Shown: positions 48,466-61,486 of the stretch, one piece after another | How positions within the stretch are numbered: position 1 is the first letter of the stretch | How the letters are laid out: each line of letters begins with the position of its first letter | Virus record (IMG/VR): IMGVR_UViG_3300022748_000015 | Span: 32,001 to 96,000 of that record | Strand: one strand, 5' to 3' | DNA length: 64,000 nt | Source: a virus | Made by a program: the position numbers and the translations under genes | Notes under the pieces: model-generated | The model's database searches: none | The model's input: only the letters and a program-made list of their open reading frames with translations | What the model was told of the DNA's origin: nothing

Positions 48466-51400
48466 TTAAGCTGACAGGTCTCCGTAGACCAACCAGGTGT
48501 TTGCTGCACGCTTTAGTAGTGTAGCAGATGACCACTGAGTGCGAAGCTTCAGACCTGGAGTAGCATTTACGGTAACTCCACCGGCACCAGCAATTGTTAC
48601 CTGACCTGTTGAAGTCTGAATAATATCAATTGTAGTGCCTACTGGGAAGTTCAATGTTGAGTCCAGAGGAATAGTTAGAGTAGTGGCTGATGTATTAGCA
48701 ACTTCAATGATTGTGTCACGCTCAGTTAGTGCGCTTAGGGTGTATGAAGCGCTCTTACCCGAGATAGTAGTAATTGAAGGAACGCCAGCAACAGTTTGAA
48801 CTGACCCATCTGAGAATGTAACTCCACCGGAAGCGAGGCTGATTGTCTTGTTGGTGAGGGTCTGAGTTCCAGTTAGGGTTGCAACCACTGCAGTATCAAT
48901 ACCGATAGTCACAGCGCTTGAACCGTTGTATGAAGTTCCGGTTAGGCCGCTGTTGATGGTAAGAGTGTTTAGGTTACTTCCTAGGGTGATACCTGAGATG
49001 GTTGATGCTGCAAGCTTAGAAACTGCGATAGCAGCTGAGTCTGAAATATCGCCATTAACAATGGTCCCGTCCAGGATCATTGCTGAAGTAACAGTTCCAG
49101 TTGGGAGGGTTACAGTTCCTGTAAAGGTTGGACTGGCCGTTGGAGCCTTTGAATCAATCTGAGTCTGGACTGCCGAGGTTACGCCATCAAGATATTGGAG
49201 CTCGGTGTTTGAGACATTTCCAATAGTTGCAGATGTTGCCTGCAGAGCACCAATCTTTAGAGTGTCATAGGTAACTCCAGTGAAGTCGACTACGCTATCT
49301 GTTGGTTCGGTTGCTCCAGATACTAGCTTCCATACTCCATCGGAGGCATCGCGGACAAGACCAGTGTGTGGGTGGTTAGAGCTGTTGGTTCCACCATTAC
49401 CGTAGGCACCATAAATACCTATATCTAAAATATCAGCTGAATACTGCGAGTCAGCTAGGTAGATAAGTGAGTCAGCTACTGCAAGGTTAGTACTATTTAC
49501 AATAGTTTGGGTTCCGGTGACCGTTAGGTTAGCAGTAGTTAGGTCAGTTGCATTAACTGTAGGGGCAACAAGAGTTCCAGTGAAGGTTGGGCTAGCTAGG
49601 TTAGCCTTAAGATCCAAAGCAGTCTGAGTTGCAGTAGATACTGGCTTATTGGCATCCGATGTATTATCTACGTTAGCAAGACCAACCATTGACTTGGTAA
49701 TTCCGGAAACGGTACCGGTAAAGGTTGGGTTTGAAGTAGGTGCCTTAGAATCCAACTGAGTTTGGATTGAAGATGTTACTCCATCTACATATCCGATCTC
49801 GGCGGCAGATACTGTACCGATAGATGTAGTTGCAGGAAGAACTACAGTTCCAGTAAGTGTTGCGTTGGCAAGTGGTGCCTTTAGGTCAAGTGCAGCCTGC
49901 TGAGCAGTTGATACAGGCTTGCCAGCATCCGAAGTGTTATCTACGTTGCCGAGTCCTACCATAGCCTTAGTTACACCGGAAACGGTTCCTGTGAAGGTTG
50001 GTGACTCGATCGGTGCGTAAGTTGCTGCAATAGAGGCTGTGCTTAGCTTTGAATCAAGCTGAGCTTGAATGCTTGAAGTAACACCATCTACATAGCCTAG
50101 CTCGGTTGCAGATACGTTTCCGATAGAGGTTGCTGCTGGTAGAACTACAGTACCGGTAAAGGTTGGGTTTGAAGTAGGTGCCTTCAAATCTAGGGCAGAT
50201 TGGGTTGCTGTAGAGATTGACTTATTAGCATCTGAGGTGTTGTCAACATTAGATAAACCAACCATTGCTTTGGTAATACCGGAGGTTGTTCCGGTAAATG
50301 TGGCATTGGCAGTCGGGGCCTTGCTATCAAGCTGAGCCTGAATACCTGAGGTAACACCATCTACGTAACTAATCTCTGACGCTGACACATTGCCAATTGA
50401 GGTAGTGGCAGGGAGAACGACAGTTCCAGTTAGAGTCGGGGAGTTAATGTCTGCCTTGAGAGCTATCGAGTTGTTGATAGTGGTTTGGTCGGCAGTTGTT
50501 AGAAGGAGTGCAGTATTAGCAATACCATGTACGTTGGTAGTCGTAGTGTTGTGGGTGTCGATGTCTGACTTAGTTGCAAGTGCTGCAGTATTTGCGATAC
50601 CGTGCACGTTTGTGGTGTCTAGGTTGTGGGTATCGATGTCTGAGAGCATCGCTAGATCGGCAGTATTAGCGATACCATGTACATTTGTAGTATCGCTTGT
50701 GTGTGCATAAAGAGTTGATGAAACAACTAGGTCGGCAACATTAGCAATACCATGGACCTCGGTGGTTTGGGCCATGTGATATGCCATCATATTGTTGGCA
50801 TAGTTCTCTAGCTGAGCTGTTAGATCGGTAATCTCTGTAGAGGTTGTTCCAGCATATGGAAGAGCAGTCCAGTGGGAGGTACCATTACCGATCTTGAACT
50901 TACCGGTATTTGACTCTAGAACGAAGCTGCTTGCCTCAGGTACTGCATTAGCAGAAGTCAGGTTGGCGGCAGTGTCTACAACAAGAGTTGCCTTAGTTGC
51001 AATGTTATTAGCAACAGTAGTGGAGAAGTTAGGGTCATCTCCAAGAGCTGCGGCCAGTTCATTTAAGGTATTTAGTAGGTTTGGTGATGAATCTACTAGC
51101 GCAGAGATGGCTGAGTCAGCGTAAGCCTTTGCTGCTGATTCAGCAGTATCTGCCTTGGTCTGAGCGCCAGTCTTAGTTTCGAGGGCAGCAGTGTTTGCAA
51201 TACCGTGAATATTAAGAATTGAAGAGTTGTGGGCATATAGCTCTGAATCTGTATATGACTCTGCAGTGGAAACTCCAACATCTACCCTATTCTGAGCACC
51301 AGTCTTAGTCTCTAGTTCGTTTGTATCAGCGATGCCGTGAACGTTAGTGTGTGAGCTGCTGTGTGCTGAGACTGTATTTGCAAGGTCAGCAATTAATGCA

Positions 51401-51576
51401 TCAACCTGACTAGGTAGATCGGTTGCATATCCGAGATCAGCCCAAGCGAGGCCGGCTCGACCAATTTTAAACTTGCCAGAGTCTGACTCAAAGCCGACTT
51501 CACCATCAGAAAGGGTAGGGTTAGTTGAGGTCCAGTTAGCGGCAGTACCGCGTCTAAGCTGAATCTTAATTGCCAT
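48466..51576 (-). CDS. Long tail fibre with Mtd_N-like N-terminus and shared C-terminal beta domain
   Basis: IQLRRGTAANW...L.DGEVGFE.D.GKFKIG; six H-x7-HGI repeats; repeated PTFTGTV...YVDGVTS.IQ.QLDSK; ends PGLKLRTQWSSATLLKRAANTWLVYGDLSA. Confidence 0.85.
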   Translation of the reverse strand: MAIKIQLRRGTAANWTSTNPTLSDGEVGFESDSGKFKIGRAGLAWADLGYATDLPSQVDALIADLANTVSAHSSSHTNVHGIADTNELETKTGAQNRVDVGVSTAESYTDSELYAHNSSILNIHGIANTAALETKTGAQTKADTAESAAKAYADSAISALVDSSPNLLNTLNELAAALGDDPNFSTTVANNIATKATLVVDTAANLTSANAVPEASSFVLESNTGKFKIGNGTSHWTALPYAGTTSTEITDLTAQLENYANNMMAYHMAQTTEVHGIANVADLVVSSTLYAHTSDTTNVHGIANTADLAMLSDIDTHNLDTTNVHGIANTAALATKSDIDTHNTTTTNVHGIANTALLLTTADQTTINNSIALKADINSPTLTGTVVLPATTSIGNVSASEISYVDGVTSGIQAQLDSKAPTANATFTGTTSGITKAMVGLSNVDNTSDANKSISTATQSALDLKAPTSNPTFTGTVVLPAATSIGNVSATELGYVDGVTSSIQAQLDSKLSTASIAATYAPIESPTFTGTVSGVTKAMVGLGNVDNTSDAGKPVSTAQQAALDLKAPLANATLTGTVVLPATTSIGTVSAAEIGYVDGVTSSIQTQLDSKAPTSNPTFTGTVSGITKSMVGLANVDNTSDANKPVSTATQTALDLKANLASPTFTGTLVAPTVNATDLTTANLTVTGTQTIVNSTNLAVADSLIYLADSQYSADILDIGIYGAYGNGGTNSSNHPHTGLVRDASDGVWKLVSGATEPTDSVVDFTGVTYDTLKIGALQATSATIGNVSNTELQYLDGVTSAVQTQIDSKAPTASPTFTGTVTLPTGTVTSAMILDGTIVNGDISDSAAIAVSKLAASTISGITLGSNLNTLTINSGLTGTSYNGSSAVTIGIDTAVVATLTGTQTLTNKTISLASGGVTFSDGSVQTVAGVPSITTISGKSASYTLSALTERDTIIEVANTSATTLTIPLDSTLNFPVGTTIDIIQTSTGQVTIAGAGGVTVNATPGLKLRTQWSSATLLKRAANTWLVYGDLSA

Positions 51577-51974
51577 TAGAAGCTACTTTCGTTTCCACCA
51601 TCATAGGTAAAGTTGTAGGTAGTAGTGGTAGAGGTTCCACCATCAATTGTACCAGTTACTGAAGACACGTTGTATAGTCCAGCATCTGCAGAAATAAGCC
51701 CGAAATCGGACAGTAGGCTGATCAAACTAATATTTACCCAGGAGGTAGTGGTTTGGTCGTAGAGAAGGACATCTCCGCCTGCAGGTGAGGGTGCCTGAAC
51801 ATCTGTAAGGGTTGACATTGCTGCAGATGGCCCGCTAGAAGCAGACCAGGAACTGCCATCAAAGGTATATACCTTTTTGTCTGTAGTTAGAAAAAAGAGG
51901 TCGCCAGTTAAACCTGCCGCAGGTAGAACTGGCCCATGTGGCAGGTTTACTGGCGTTAAAAACTTTCTTGACAA
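51576..51974 (-). CDS. Small virion structural protein
   Basis: G.TGDLFF.T.DKKVY.FDGSSW and LTDVQ...GDVLLYD...WVN fibre-type motifs; N-terminus MSRKFLT shared with neighbour. Confidence 0.65.
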   Translation of the reverse strand: MSRKFLTPVNLPHGPVLPAAGLTGDLFFLTTDKKVYTFDGSSWSASSGPSAAMSTLTDVQAPSPAGGDVLLYDQTTTSWVNISLISLLSDFGLISADAGLYNVSSVTGTIDGGTSTTTTYNFTYDGGNESSF

Positions 51975-52001
51975 AGTTTTTCCTCTTTATTTAAAGGCTT
52001 A

Positions 52002-53372
52002 TTAGCCGATTACTACAACTTGATATGCACCAGCTGCAACAGTAGCTGCTGAAACCCATGAAAGAGTTGCAACAGTAGTGCTGGTACGAACTACATCTAC
52101 TTCAACCTGATCATATGATACGGCATCAAATACCTGAACTAGTACGTTGCGGGTACCTAGTCCGTGAGTCACGGTCCATGAAACAACATTACTAGACGGC
52201 ACTAGTTCCGCATTTGCTTCGGTGTGCTTAGTAGTAGGAGCAGCAGCCGAGATAGCTCCAGATACAGTATTATCTACATACTGCTTGGTTGCAGCCATTA
52301 AGTTAGATGTCGGATCGCTTGCAAGAGTTAGGTCACCAGTCATGGTGTCGCCATTCTTAGCAACCTTATTAGCAATAGCATTGGTAACAGAGGTTGCGAA
52401 GCTTGGGTCATCAGCAATTGCTGCTGCAAGTTCATTGAGAGTGTTAAGAAGATCCGGAGCACCAGCGACTAATCCTGCTACTGCAGAGTCAATGCGATCC
52501 TTAACAGTATTTCCAGTTGAGCCATTAACAGTTGCATCACCAATAAGACCGCCTACATAACCGTGAGAAGCGATCTCATTGCCTGCCGACGCGGCTGTAA
52601 TATAGGCAGTACCATCAGCATTAAGAACGATATTTCCAGTAGTGGAAACAATGTCTACGGTTCCGGGAGTAGTTATGTCTACTGCATAACCTGAATGTAC
52701 GGTTAGTTTTCCAGAACTATTATCAACGCTAACAAAGTTATTAGCCCCGCCTGCTCCACCAGCTGATTGGAAGTAGGTATCCCCGGTGAAGGTCTTATTA
52801 GAAAGATTCTGAATATCAGAAGTTCCAACAACATCACCAGTTACTCCGTGAACTCCAGAGGAAGATCCAGTGTGGGTATCTAGGTGTCCTTGTACGGTGC
52901 TTGCAGAACCTGCAGCATCGTAGTTTACAGCTAGACCATCAGCGTAGTTCTGAGCTGCAGTTTGGGCAGCTGATGCTGCTCCAGCTACGTCATAGTTGAC
53001 AGCAAGACCATTGGCATATGATTTAGCAGCTGCTTCAGCAGAAGCCGCTGAGCCCACTGCATCGTAGTTACCTGCGAGTGAATCTGCATATCCTTCAGCT
53101 GCAGTCTGAGCCGCTGCTGCAGCACCCTTAGCATCATAGGTGTTTGCTAGATCAAGAGCTGTGATTGCTGCATTGATAGCATCTGAAACGCTTCCACCCT
53201 GAGCAAGGGTTAGCCAAGAGGTGCCATTGAAGTAGCGAAGAGTGTTGTCACCAGTGTTGTAATAGATTTGACCAGCTACAGGTGACTGAGGAGCAATAGC
53301 CAGGTTTTGGATTCTGGCATTCAGCAGCTCATTCTTATTAAGATTGAGCCCCGTTAGGAATTGACGTGACAT
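52002..53372 (-). CDS. Fibre/whisker-like virion structural protein
   Basis: [17 protein letters not shown]; Ala-rich A..YAD.LA..YD repeats; [19 protein letters not shown]; K.GDTMTG.L; W.VTHGLGT C-terminal domain. Confidence 0.7.
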   Translation of the reverse strand: MSRQFLTGLNLNKNELLNARIQNLAIAPQSPVAGQIYYNTGDNTLRYFNGTSWLTLAQGGSVSDAINAAITALDLANTYDAKGAAAAAQTAAEGYADSLAGNYDAVGSAASAEAAAKSYANGLAVNYDVAGAASAAQTAAQNYADGLAVNYDAAGSASTVQGHLDTHTGSSSGVHGVTGDVVGTSDIQNLSNKTFTGDTYFQSAGGAGGANNFVSVDNSSGKLTVHSGYAVDITTPGTVDIVSTTGNIVLNADGTAYITAASAGNEIASHGYVGGLIGDATVNGSTGNTVKDRIDSAVAGLVAGAPDLLNTLNELAAAIADDPSFATSVTNAIANKVAKNGDTMTGDLTLASDPTSNLMAATKQYVDNTVSGAISAAAPTTKHTEANAELVPSSNVVSWTVTHGLGTRNVLVQVFDAVSYDQVEVDVVRTSTTVATLSWVSAATVAAGAYQVVVIG

Positions 53373-53381
53373 TATGTTTCC

Positions 53382-53699
53382 TTATGAGAGATGAGCTTTT
53401 CCAGAAATTGCCTCTGAAAAAGATATGGTTAGTTGAGTTTCATTGATATGTGTCACTGTTCCTTCTATCTGCGATTCCCCACTGTCAAAGACAGTCACAT
53501 TTGGAAAGAAGTTTAAATTGTGCAGTACAGTCCAGATTGTTGCCGGAGTGCTTTGTAGATGCCTATAAGAAACTAGGGGTACAATTTCACTGGCAGCAAT
53601 ACCGTTAGTTCCAGCTGGACCTTGGGGTCCGGGGGCGGAGACTATGATTTGGCGAACATATTTACCGGATGCGACACTACTCGCTACATCTCCAGCCAT
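53382..53699 (-). CDS. Small virion protein with short collagen stub
   Basis: PGPQGPAG then H.QSTPA..W.V.HNL..FPNVTVFD domain. Confidence 0.65.
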   Translation of the reverse strand: MAGDVASSVASGKYVRQIIVSAPGPQGPAGTNGIAASEIVPLVSYRHLQSTPATIWTVLHNLNFFPNVTVFDSGESQIEGTVTHINETQLTISFSEAISGKAHLS

Positions 53700-54061
53700 T
53701 ATCTGGTCACCTCTGCTCTAACTACAAAATTTCCCTGAATCAGTTTGTATACATAAAGCTCGGAGTTTGGGGCAACTAGCTCTAGATCGTAAACGTACTT
53801 ATCTTCAGGTATGGTTGCCATATCTTCATCAGAAACATAAAGTTCAATGTTTCCATTTGAAGCTCCTAAACTGATCCCACCATTTTCAGTTGTTAGGTCA
53901 AGGATTATTACATCGCTATCGCTTGTTTTTCTCACCTGCATGCGGGCTGTGTATCCTCTAAGTAGGATAGGCTTTTTTGCAGGGTCTCTCCATAGGATAG
54001 TGCGTGAAAAAGTAGAGCCTTGGTCAGCAACCATATTGTATAGTCCAGCTGGTGTGCTCAT
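53699..54061 (-). CDS. Small virion adaptor-like protein, paralog of 38311
   Basis: DQGSTF.RTI.W...GYTARMQVR...YVYDLEL...QGNFVVRAEVTR; first gene of the minus-strand island. Confidence 0.7.
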   Translation of the reverse strand: MSTPAGLYNMVADQGSTFSRTILWRDPAKKPILLRGYTARMQVRKTSDSDVIILDLTTENGGISLGASNGNIELYVSDEDMATIPEDKYVYDLELVAPNSELYVYKLIQGNFVVRAEVTR

Positions 54062-54176
54062 ATATTTCTTCCGCAGGAGAGTAGGATTTGGCTATTCTTA
54101 TTTTACATCATGGATAAAACTTTAATTTTGAGGTAAAATACGTGTATGGCTTTTAAAAACCCCCTAGAGGTCCCTA

Positions 54177-54428
54177 ATGACTAGCGTATCTACCTTAGAA
54201 ATTGTAGAGACTGAAAATCAGATTCAGCTTGATGATGAAGGCAACGAAGTCTTTGCTCACTATGCTGAGAAAGTCTCGACCACTGCTGGATATGTCTTAG
54301 GTACCCCTGTTCAAGCCATCTGTGGCAAGGTTTTTGTGCCATTCCGCAATCCGGATAAGCTCCGAATTTGTTCAGCTTGCAAAGAGATTATGGATGCACT
54401 ATTCTTGAATAATGACGAAAATCAGTAG
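54177..54428 (+). CDS. DUF3039 domain protein (actinobacterial)
   Basis: FAHY...GTPVQAICGKVFVP......IC..CKEI. Confidence 0.8.
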   Translation: MTSVSTLEIVETENQIQLDDEGNEVFAHYAEKVSTTAGYVLGTPVQAICGKVFVPFRNPDKLRICSACKEIMDALFLNNDENQ

Positions 54429-54519
54429 TTGATTTTTGTCCTATACTGGATTAACTAATGGTCCTGGCGTCCTCAAAAAACGTCAGGATTTCTCATCTCC
54501 TATTGAAAGAAAATCAAAA

Positions 54520-54741
54520 ATGGCCGTAACCGTTTATACTCTCCCCTCTTGCGTACAGTGCGACACAACAAAGAGATATTTAACAAATAACGGCATTGAT
54601 TTCACTACTATTGACCTTAGCGTTGACTCTGATGCCGCTGATTATGTGAAGGGTCTTGGCTATCAAGCTGCTCCTGTTGTAGTTGCCGGAGATGCGCATT
54701 GGAGTGGTTTCCTCCCTGACCGACTAAACTCCCTGAAGTAG
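54520..54741 (+). CDS. nrdH: Glutaredoxin-like NrdH
   Basis: MAVTVYTLPSCVQC...GY.AAPVV...HWSGF.PD; likely start 54520 (track start 54436). Confidence 0.92.
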   Translation: MAVTVYTLPSCVQCDTTKRYLTNNGIDFTTIDLSVDSDAADYVKGLGYQAAPVVVAGDAHWSGFLPDRLNSLK

Positions 54742-55135
54742 CTCGTATGTACGACATCGTTTATTTCTCAAACGTGTCGGGGAATACTAAAAGATTTGTA
54801 AATAAATTAGGTTTTAACCTAATTCAGATACCCCTGCGCTGGGATGAAAAATCCCCCTTGACTGTAGAACGTGAATACGTTATAGTAAGTCCTACGTACG
54901 GTGGTGGAGCAGACAATAGAACTGTTCCTAAATCGGTGATTAATTTCTTGAATATAGAAAGTAATCGTGCTTTACTTAGAGGTGTTATAGGTACTGGAGA
55001 TTTCAACTTCGGTACTCACTTCTGTAAGGCTGCGGAGATTATTTCAGCAAAAACCGGAGTGCCTTTGCTGTATAAAGTTGAAATAACTGGCACACCAGAC
55101 GATGTAGAACAAGTAAAAGAGAGGCTAGAGCTGCT

Positions 55136-58221
<3,086 letters not shown>

Positions 58222-58228
58222 TCTTTAG

Positions 58229-58268
58229 AAAAAAAAGAGAACCCCTCCCGAAGGAGGGGTTTTCTTTT
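58229..58268. terminator. Bidirectional intrinsic terminator between nrdF and phoH
   Basis: A run, AACCCCTCC-CGAA-GGAGGGGTT, T run. Confidence 0.85.
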
Positions 58269-58276
58269 GCTTGGTT

Positions 58277-59575
58277 TTATTCGTCAAGGAGTCGAGTAAC
58301 CATCTCGGCAACCTGGCTTCGCTCTGAACGAGTTAGCTTGATGTGGGCAAATAGTTCTTCGCCCTTAAGCTTCTCAACAACAGAGGCGATTCCATCGTGA
58401 CGACCAACACGCAGGTTGTCACGCTGGGCAACATCGCTACTGATGAATACTCGAGTATTCTCTCCAGTACGGCTCAGAGCGGTGAGGAGTACGTTACGCT
58501 CCAGGTTTTGAGCCTCGTCAATAATTATGATGGTATCGGTGAAGGTACGACCACGAATATGGGTTAGAGGTAGCACCTCGATGATTCCACGATCAATTAC
58601 ATCCTCGATGACGTTCTTAGATGCAAATGCACTTAAGGCATCGAATACTGCTGCTGCCCATGGGTTCATCTTCTCCGCTTCAGAGCCCGGAAGGAATCCT
58701 AGTTCCTGACCACCAACAGCAAAGAGTGGGCGGAAGACAACTATCTTCTTATGAGTACGTTGCTCGATTACTGCTTCTAGTCCGGCAGCTAAGGCAAGCA
58801 TGCTCTTACCGGTTCCACCGCTACCGCTCATCGAGACAATACCAATAGAGTTATCAAGTAGCTGTGATAAGGCAATACGCTGCTGAGCTGATCTGCCGCG
58901 GACACCAAATGCTTCTAGGTCTTGGGGGACTAGCTCTACTCCACCTGAGGCAGTGATTCGTGCAATAGCAGATGATCTACCTGCCTTTAGAATCACTCCA
59001 GTGTGGACGGGGGTGTCTTTTAGTTCATCACTAACTCTAGAGGTTGGTAAAACTTTATTTTCGTATAGTGAATCAAGTATTTCTTTTTCAACATTTACTT
59101 GTACAACTCCGGTATAGCCAGAGTCTGGAAGAATATCTGCACGGTAATCTTCAGCAGTAATGTCTACAGCTGTAGATGCTAGTAGTCGCATTGGTAGATC
59201 TTTGCTTACTAGCACTACATCTTGACCTCTTTCACGTAGAGAGGCAGCTACTGTAATAATTGCAGTATCGTGGGAGCGATCATCTTTAATAGTTTCTGGA
59301 AGAAGTGATCTATCACCTGGATATACCTCAACTCGAAGGGTGCCTCCATCAGCATTAACTACAACACCATGCTTGAGATCACCTTTAGAGCCTCTTAGCT
59401 CTTCTAAAGACCTAAGGGCTTGACGAGCCGGATATCCGAGTTCGGGGTCATTTCTTTTATTTTCCAACTCTTTTAGGACGATTAGTGGTAAAACTACCTC
59501 GTGCTTTTCGAATGAAAAAATTGATTTTGGGTTTGCTAGCAGAACGCTAGTGTCGAGGACGTAGGTAGTAACCAC
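58277..59575 (-). CDS. phoH: PIN-PhoH fusion (PhoH2-type) protein
   Basis: PIN YVLDTSVLL...ELE...D..I...SKD; PhoH GSGGTGKS, RGRTF, IIDEAQN, L.R.GENT, QRD. Confidence 0.92.
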   Translation of the reverse strand: MVTTYVLDTSVLLANPKSIFSFEKHEVVLPLIVLKELENKRNDPELGYPARQALRSLEELRGSKGDLKHGVVVNADGGTLRVEVYPGDRSLLPETIKDDRSHDTAIITVAASLRERGQDVVLVSKDLPMRLLASTAVDITAEDYRADILPDSGYTGVVQVNVEKEILDSLYENKVLPTSRVSDELKDTPVHTGVILKAGRSSAIARITASGGVELVPQDLEAFGVRGRSAQQRIALSQLLDNSIGIVSMSGSGGTGKSMLALAAGLEAVIEQRTHKKIVVFRPLFAVGGQELGFLPGSEAEKMNPWAAAVFDALSAFASKNVIEDVIDRGIIEVLPLTHIRGRTFTDTIIIIDEAQNLERNVLLTALSRTGENTRVFISSDVAQRDNLRVGRHDGIASVVEKLKGEELFAHIKLTRSERSQVAEMVTRLLDE

Positions 59576-59634
59576 CGATGCTCTTCCTATTGGTAGAATT
59601 TACATGACAATACTAACAGCTTTATGGAGACACC

Positions 59635-59820
59635 TTGCCGACCTACGAATATAAGTGCAGCATAGACCCGGATCATAAATTCTCTGAGATTCGTGGAATT
59701 AATAGTGAACCTACAAGAGAGACTTGCGCTACTGAAGGGTGTGAAGGTAGACTAATTAGAGTATTTAGCGCACCTCCAATCACCTTTAAGGGTAGTGGAT
59801 TTCATGCTAAAAAAGGATAA
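59635..59820 (+). CDS. FmdB-family Zn-ribbon protein
   Basis: MPTYEYKC...C...C...L.RVFSAPPITFKGSGF. Confidence 0.8.
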   Translation: MPTYEYKCSIDPDHKFSEIRGINSEPTRETCATEGCEGRLIRVFSAPPITFKGSGFHAKKG

Positions 59821-59842
59821 CTAGAACTAGAAAAGAGCTCCG

Positions 59843-60172
59843 ATGCTAGATGACATTTATACAGATATGCCAGATTTTTCGGAGCTTGGGGTGCCTATGT
59901 GCGCTCAGACTGATCCTGAAATTTTTTTCCCGCGTGAGAATTATGACCAAAATGGGAAGTTTATATCTGCCGTATATGCCAATGTAACTGGGGCTAAAGA
60001 GCTATGCTCTAAGTGCCCTTATAAGATGGCTTGCTATGCCTATGCTATGAAGCAGCCATATATTGACGGTATCTGGGGTGGTACTACCGAAGCTGACCGT
60101 TCTAATACCCGTCGTCGCTTACGTCGTCGCGACAATATTCGTACTAAGCTAGCACAATTTGATGTAAAATAA
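59843..60172 (+). CDS. whiB: WhiB-family transcription factor
   Basis: CAQTDPEIFFP...AKELCSKCP....C..YA......GIWGGTTE..R. Confidence 0.92.
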   Translation: MLDDIYTDMPDFSELGVPMCAQTDPEIFFPRENYDQNGKFISAVYANVTGAKELCSKCPYKMACYAYAMKQPYIDGIWGGTTEADRSNTRRRLRRRDNIRTKLAQFDVK

Positions 60173-60228
60173 TAGTGTCCCTTGGGAGAGAGGACTTCCT
60201 TAATTACCTCTACTCCCGGGAGAACACT

Positions 60229-60546
60229 ATGAAGATGTTTTTGGACATCGTATACCGCATTATCGCGGTTTTCGTTGCTACAGCGTTAGCAACAATTGGT
60301 ACTGGATCGCTTGTCGGTGTAAGCATTGCACAATCTGCCCTTATGGCTGGTGCTGGTGCTGTAGCTGCTGTTATCGAGCGTCTTGCACGTGCATTTATGG
60401 ATGACGGTAAGTTGACCATGGAAGAAGTGAATGCAGCATTTAATGTCAAGGATCCAAAGAAGACTGCTGATGGACTTGGTGAACCTGAAGTTGCAGAAGT
60501 TAAGATCGATGGTCTTGATGATGCAGATCACGAGCCATACCAGTAA
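60229..60546 (+). CDS. Two-TM membrane protein, putative holin
   Basis: Likely start ATG 60229 after GGGAG (track 60175). Two hydrophobic helices, DGKLT.EEVN EF-hand-like motif, acidic tail. No endolysin in the window. Confidence 0.5.
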   Translation: MKMFLDIVYRIIAVFVATALATIGTGSLVGVSIAQSALMAGAGAVAAVIERLARAFMDDGKLTMEEVNAAFNVKDPKKTADGLGEPEVAEVKIDGLDDADHEPYQ

Positions 60547-60557
60547 ATAGATTTGCT

Positions 60558-60600
60558 AAATTAAACCCTCTGCTCTATAGTGAGTGGAGGGTTTAATTTT
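60558..60600 (+). terminator. Intrinsic terminator
   Basis: AAATTAAACCCTC...GAGGGTTTAATTT hairpin with T tail. Confidence 0.65.
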
Positions 60601-60611
60601 TAGGAGAGATT

Positions 60612-60845
60612 ATGGATTTTGAAGAATGGCTTCGAACGGGAATTGAAAATGGATGGTGTGGTCCAGCGGTTTGCCACACACATGACGGGCTTCCAACTAC
60701 AGTTGCAGAAGATGAAGAGTTTGAAGAATCTGATCCATGCATCCATATCGTTAGACTTTATGAAGATGAAGCTACTAAGATTGGTGTAGAAACAAACCAC
60801 GGACCCAGTGTGTGGCGAGCAACTAATCGCGGCATTGAGCTCTAA
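60612..60845 (+). CDS. Conserved small hypothetical protein
   Basis: GGAG RBS; FEEW...GIENGWC.PAVC.THDG.P...DPC.H.VRL. Confidence 0.7.
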   Translation: MDFEEWLRTGIENGWCGPAVCHTHDGLPTTVAEDEEFEESDPCIHIVRLYEDEATKIGVETNHGPSVWRATNRGIEL

Positions 60846-60865
60846 AAAAGAAAGAAGGAAAGACA

Positions 60866-61000
60866 ATGGCAAAGGGTAAAGGTGGCGCAAAGCCAGCAGC
60901 ACCAACTAAGGGAAGCACTGATCGTCCAAATCAGAAGGCATTCAAGAAGCACCCGAAGAAGTTTGATCCAATCAAGCGTCGTCTTGTAGCAGATAACTAA
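60866..61000 (+). CDS. 44-aa Lys/Arg-rich peptide (below the ORF-track cutoff)
   Basis: AAGGA RBS; MAKGKGGAKPAAPTKGSTDRPNQKAFKKHPKKFDPIKRRLVADN*. Confidence 0.6.
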   Translation: MAKGKGGAKPAAPTKGSTDRPNQKAFKKHPKKFDPIKRRLVADN

Positions 61001-61032
61001 TTAGTCGCTATAATTAACTTATAATTGAATAC

Positions 61033-61369
61033 GGGGATGATCGGATTCGACGGTCATTCGAAAAACTAGTGAAGCAAGCAGAGAAGCCTGTACCTCTTGA
61101 ATCGGGCAACCAAATAAATGCAAACTCACGTTCAGCATTCGCACTAGCTGCTTAGTAATAGGTAACTAGTACCCCTGACAAAGCACCAGTTCTAGGTGGG
61201 CAGTCAGGTTTTAAATAAGTAGAACAAACCCGCACCACGTCCATGCTGGAGACGTAAAACTGAAGCACCACAGGATGTGGCAGTTCGGTCCTGGAAATAT
61301 AAACTGCCTAAGCTTGTAGAAGAATAGTTTGTCTTTGATCGGACGGGGGTTCAATTCCCCCCATCTCCA
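61033..61369 (+). ncRNA. ssrA: tmRNA, tag (A)ANSRSAFALAA
   Basis: 5' GGGGATGATCGGATTCGAC; acceptor GGGGATG/CATCTCC with G3:U70; T arm GGGGGTTCAATTCCCCC; tag ORF 61120-61155. Confidence 0.95.
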
Positions 61370-61486
61370 CTATTCCGTACTCTGAAACACGACATATGGG
61401 CGTGGTAGGTAAATGGTCCAAGGTACGGTAGGACAAGTGCTAGAGGGAGCCTTCCGGACGGTGGGCGGACCTCTAGGGCTAAATAA

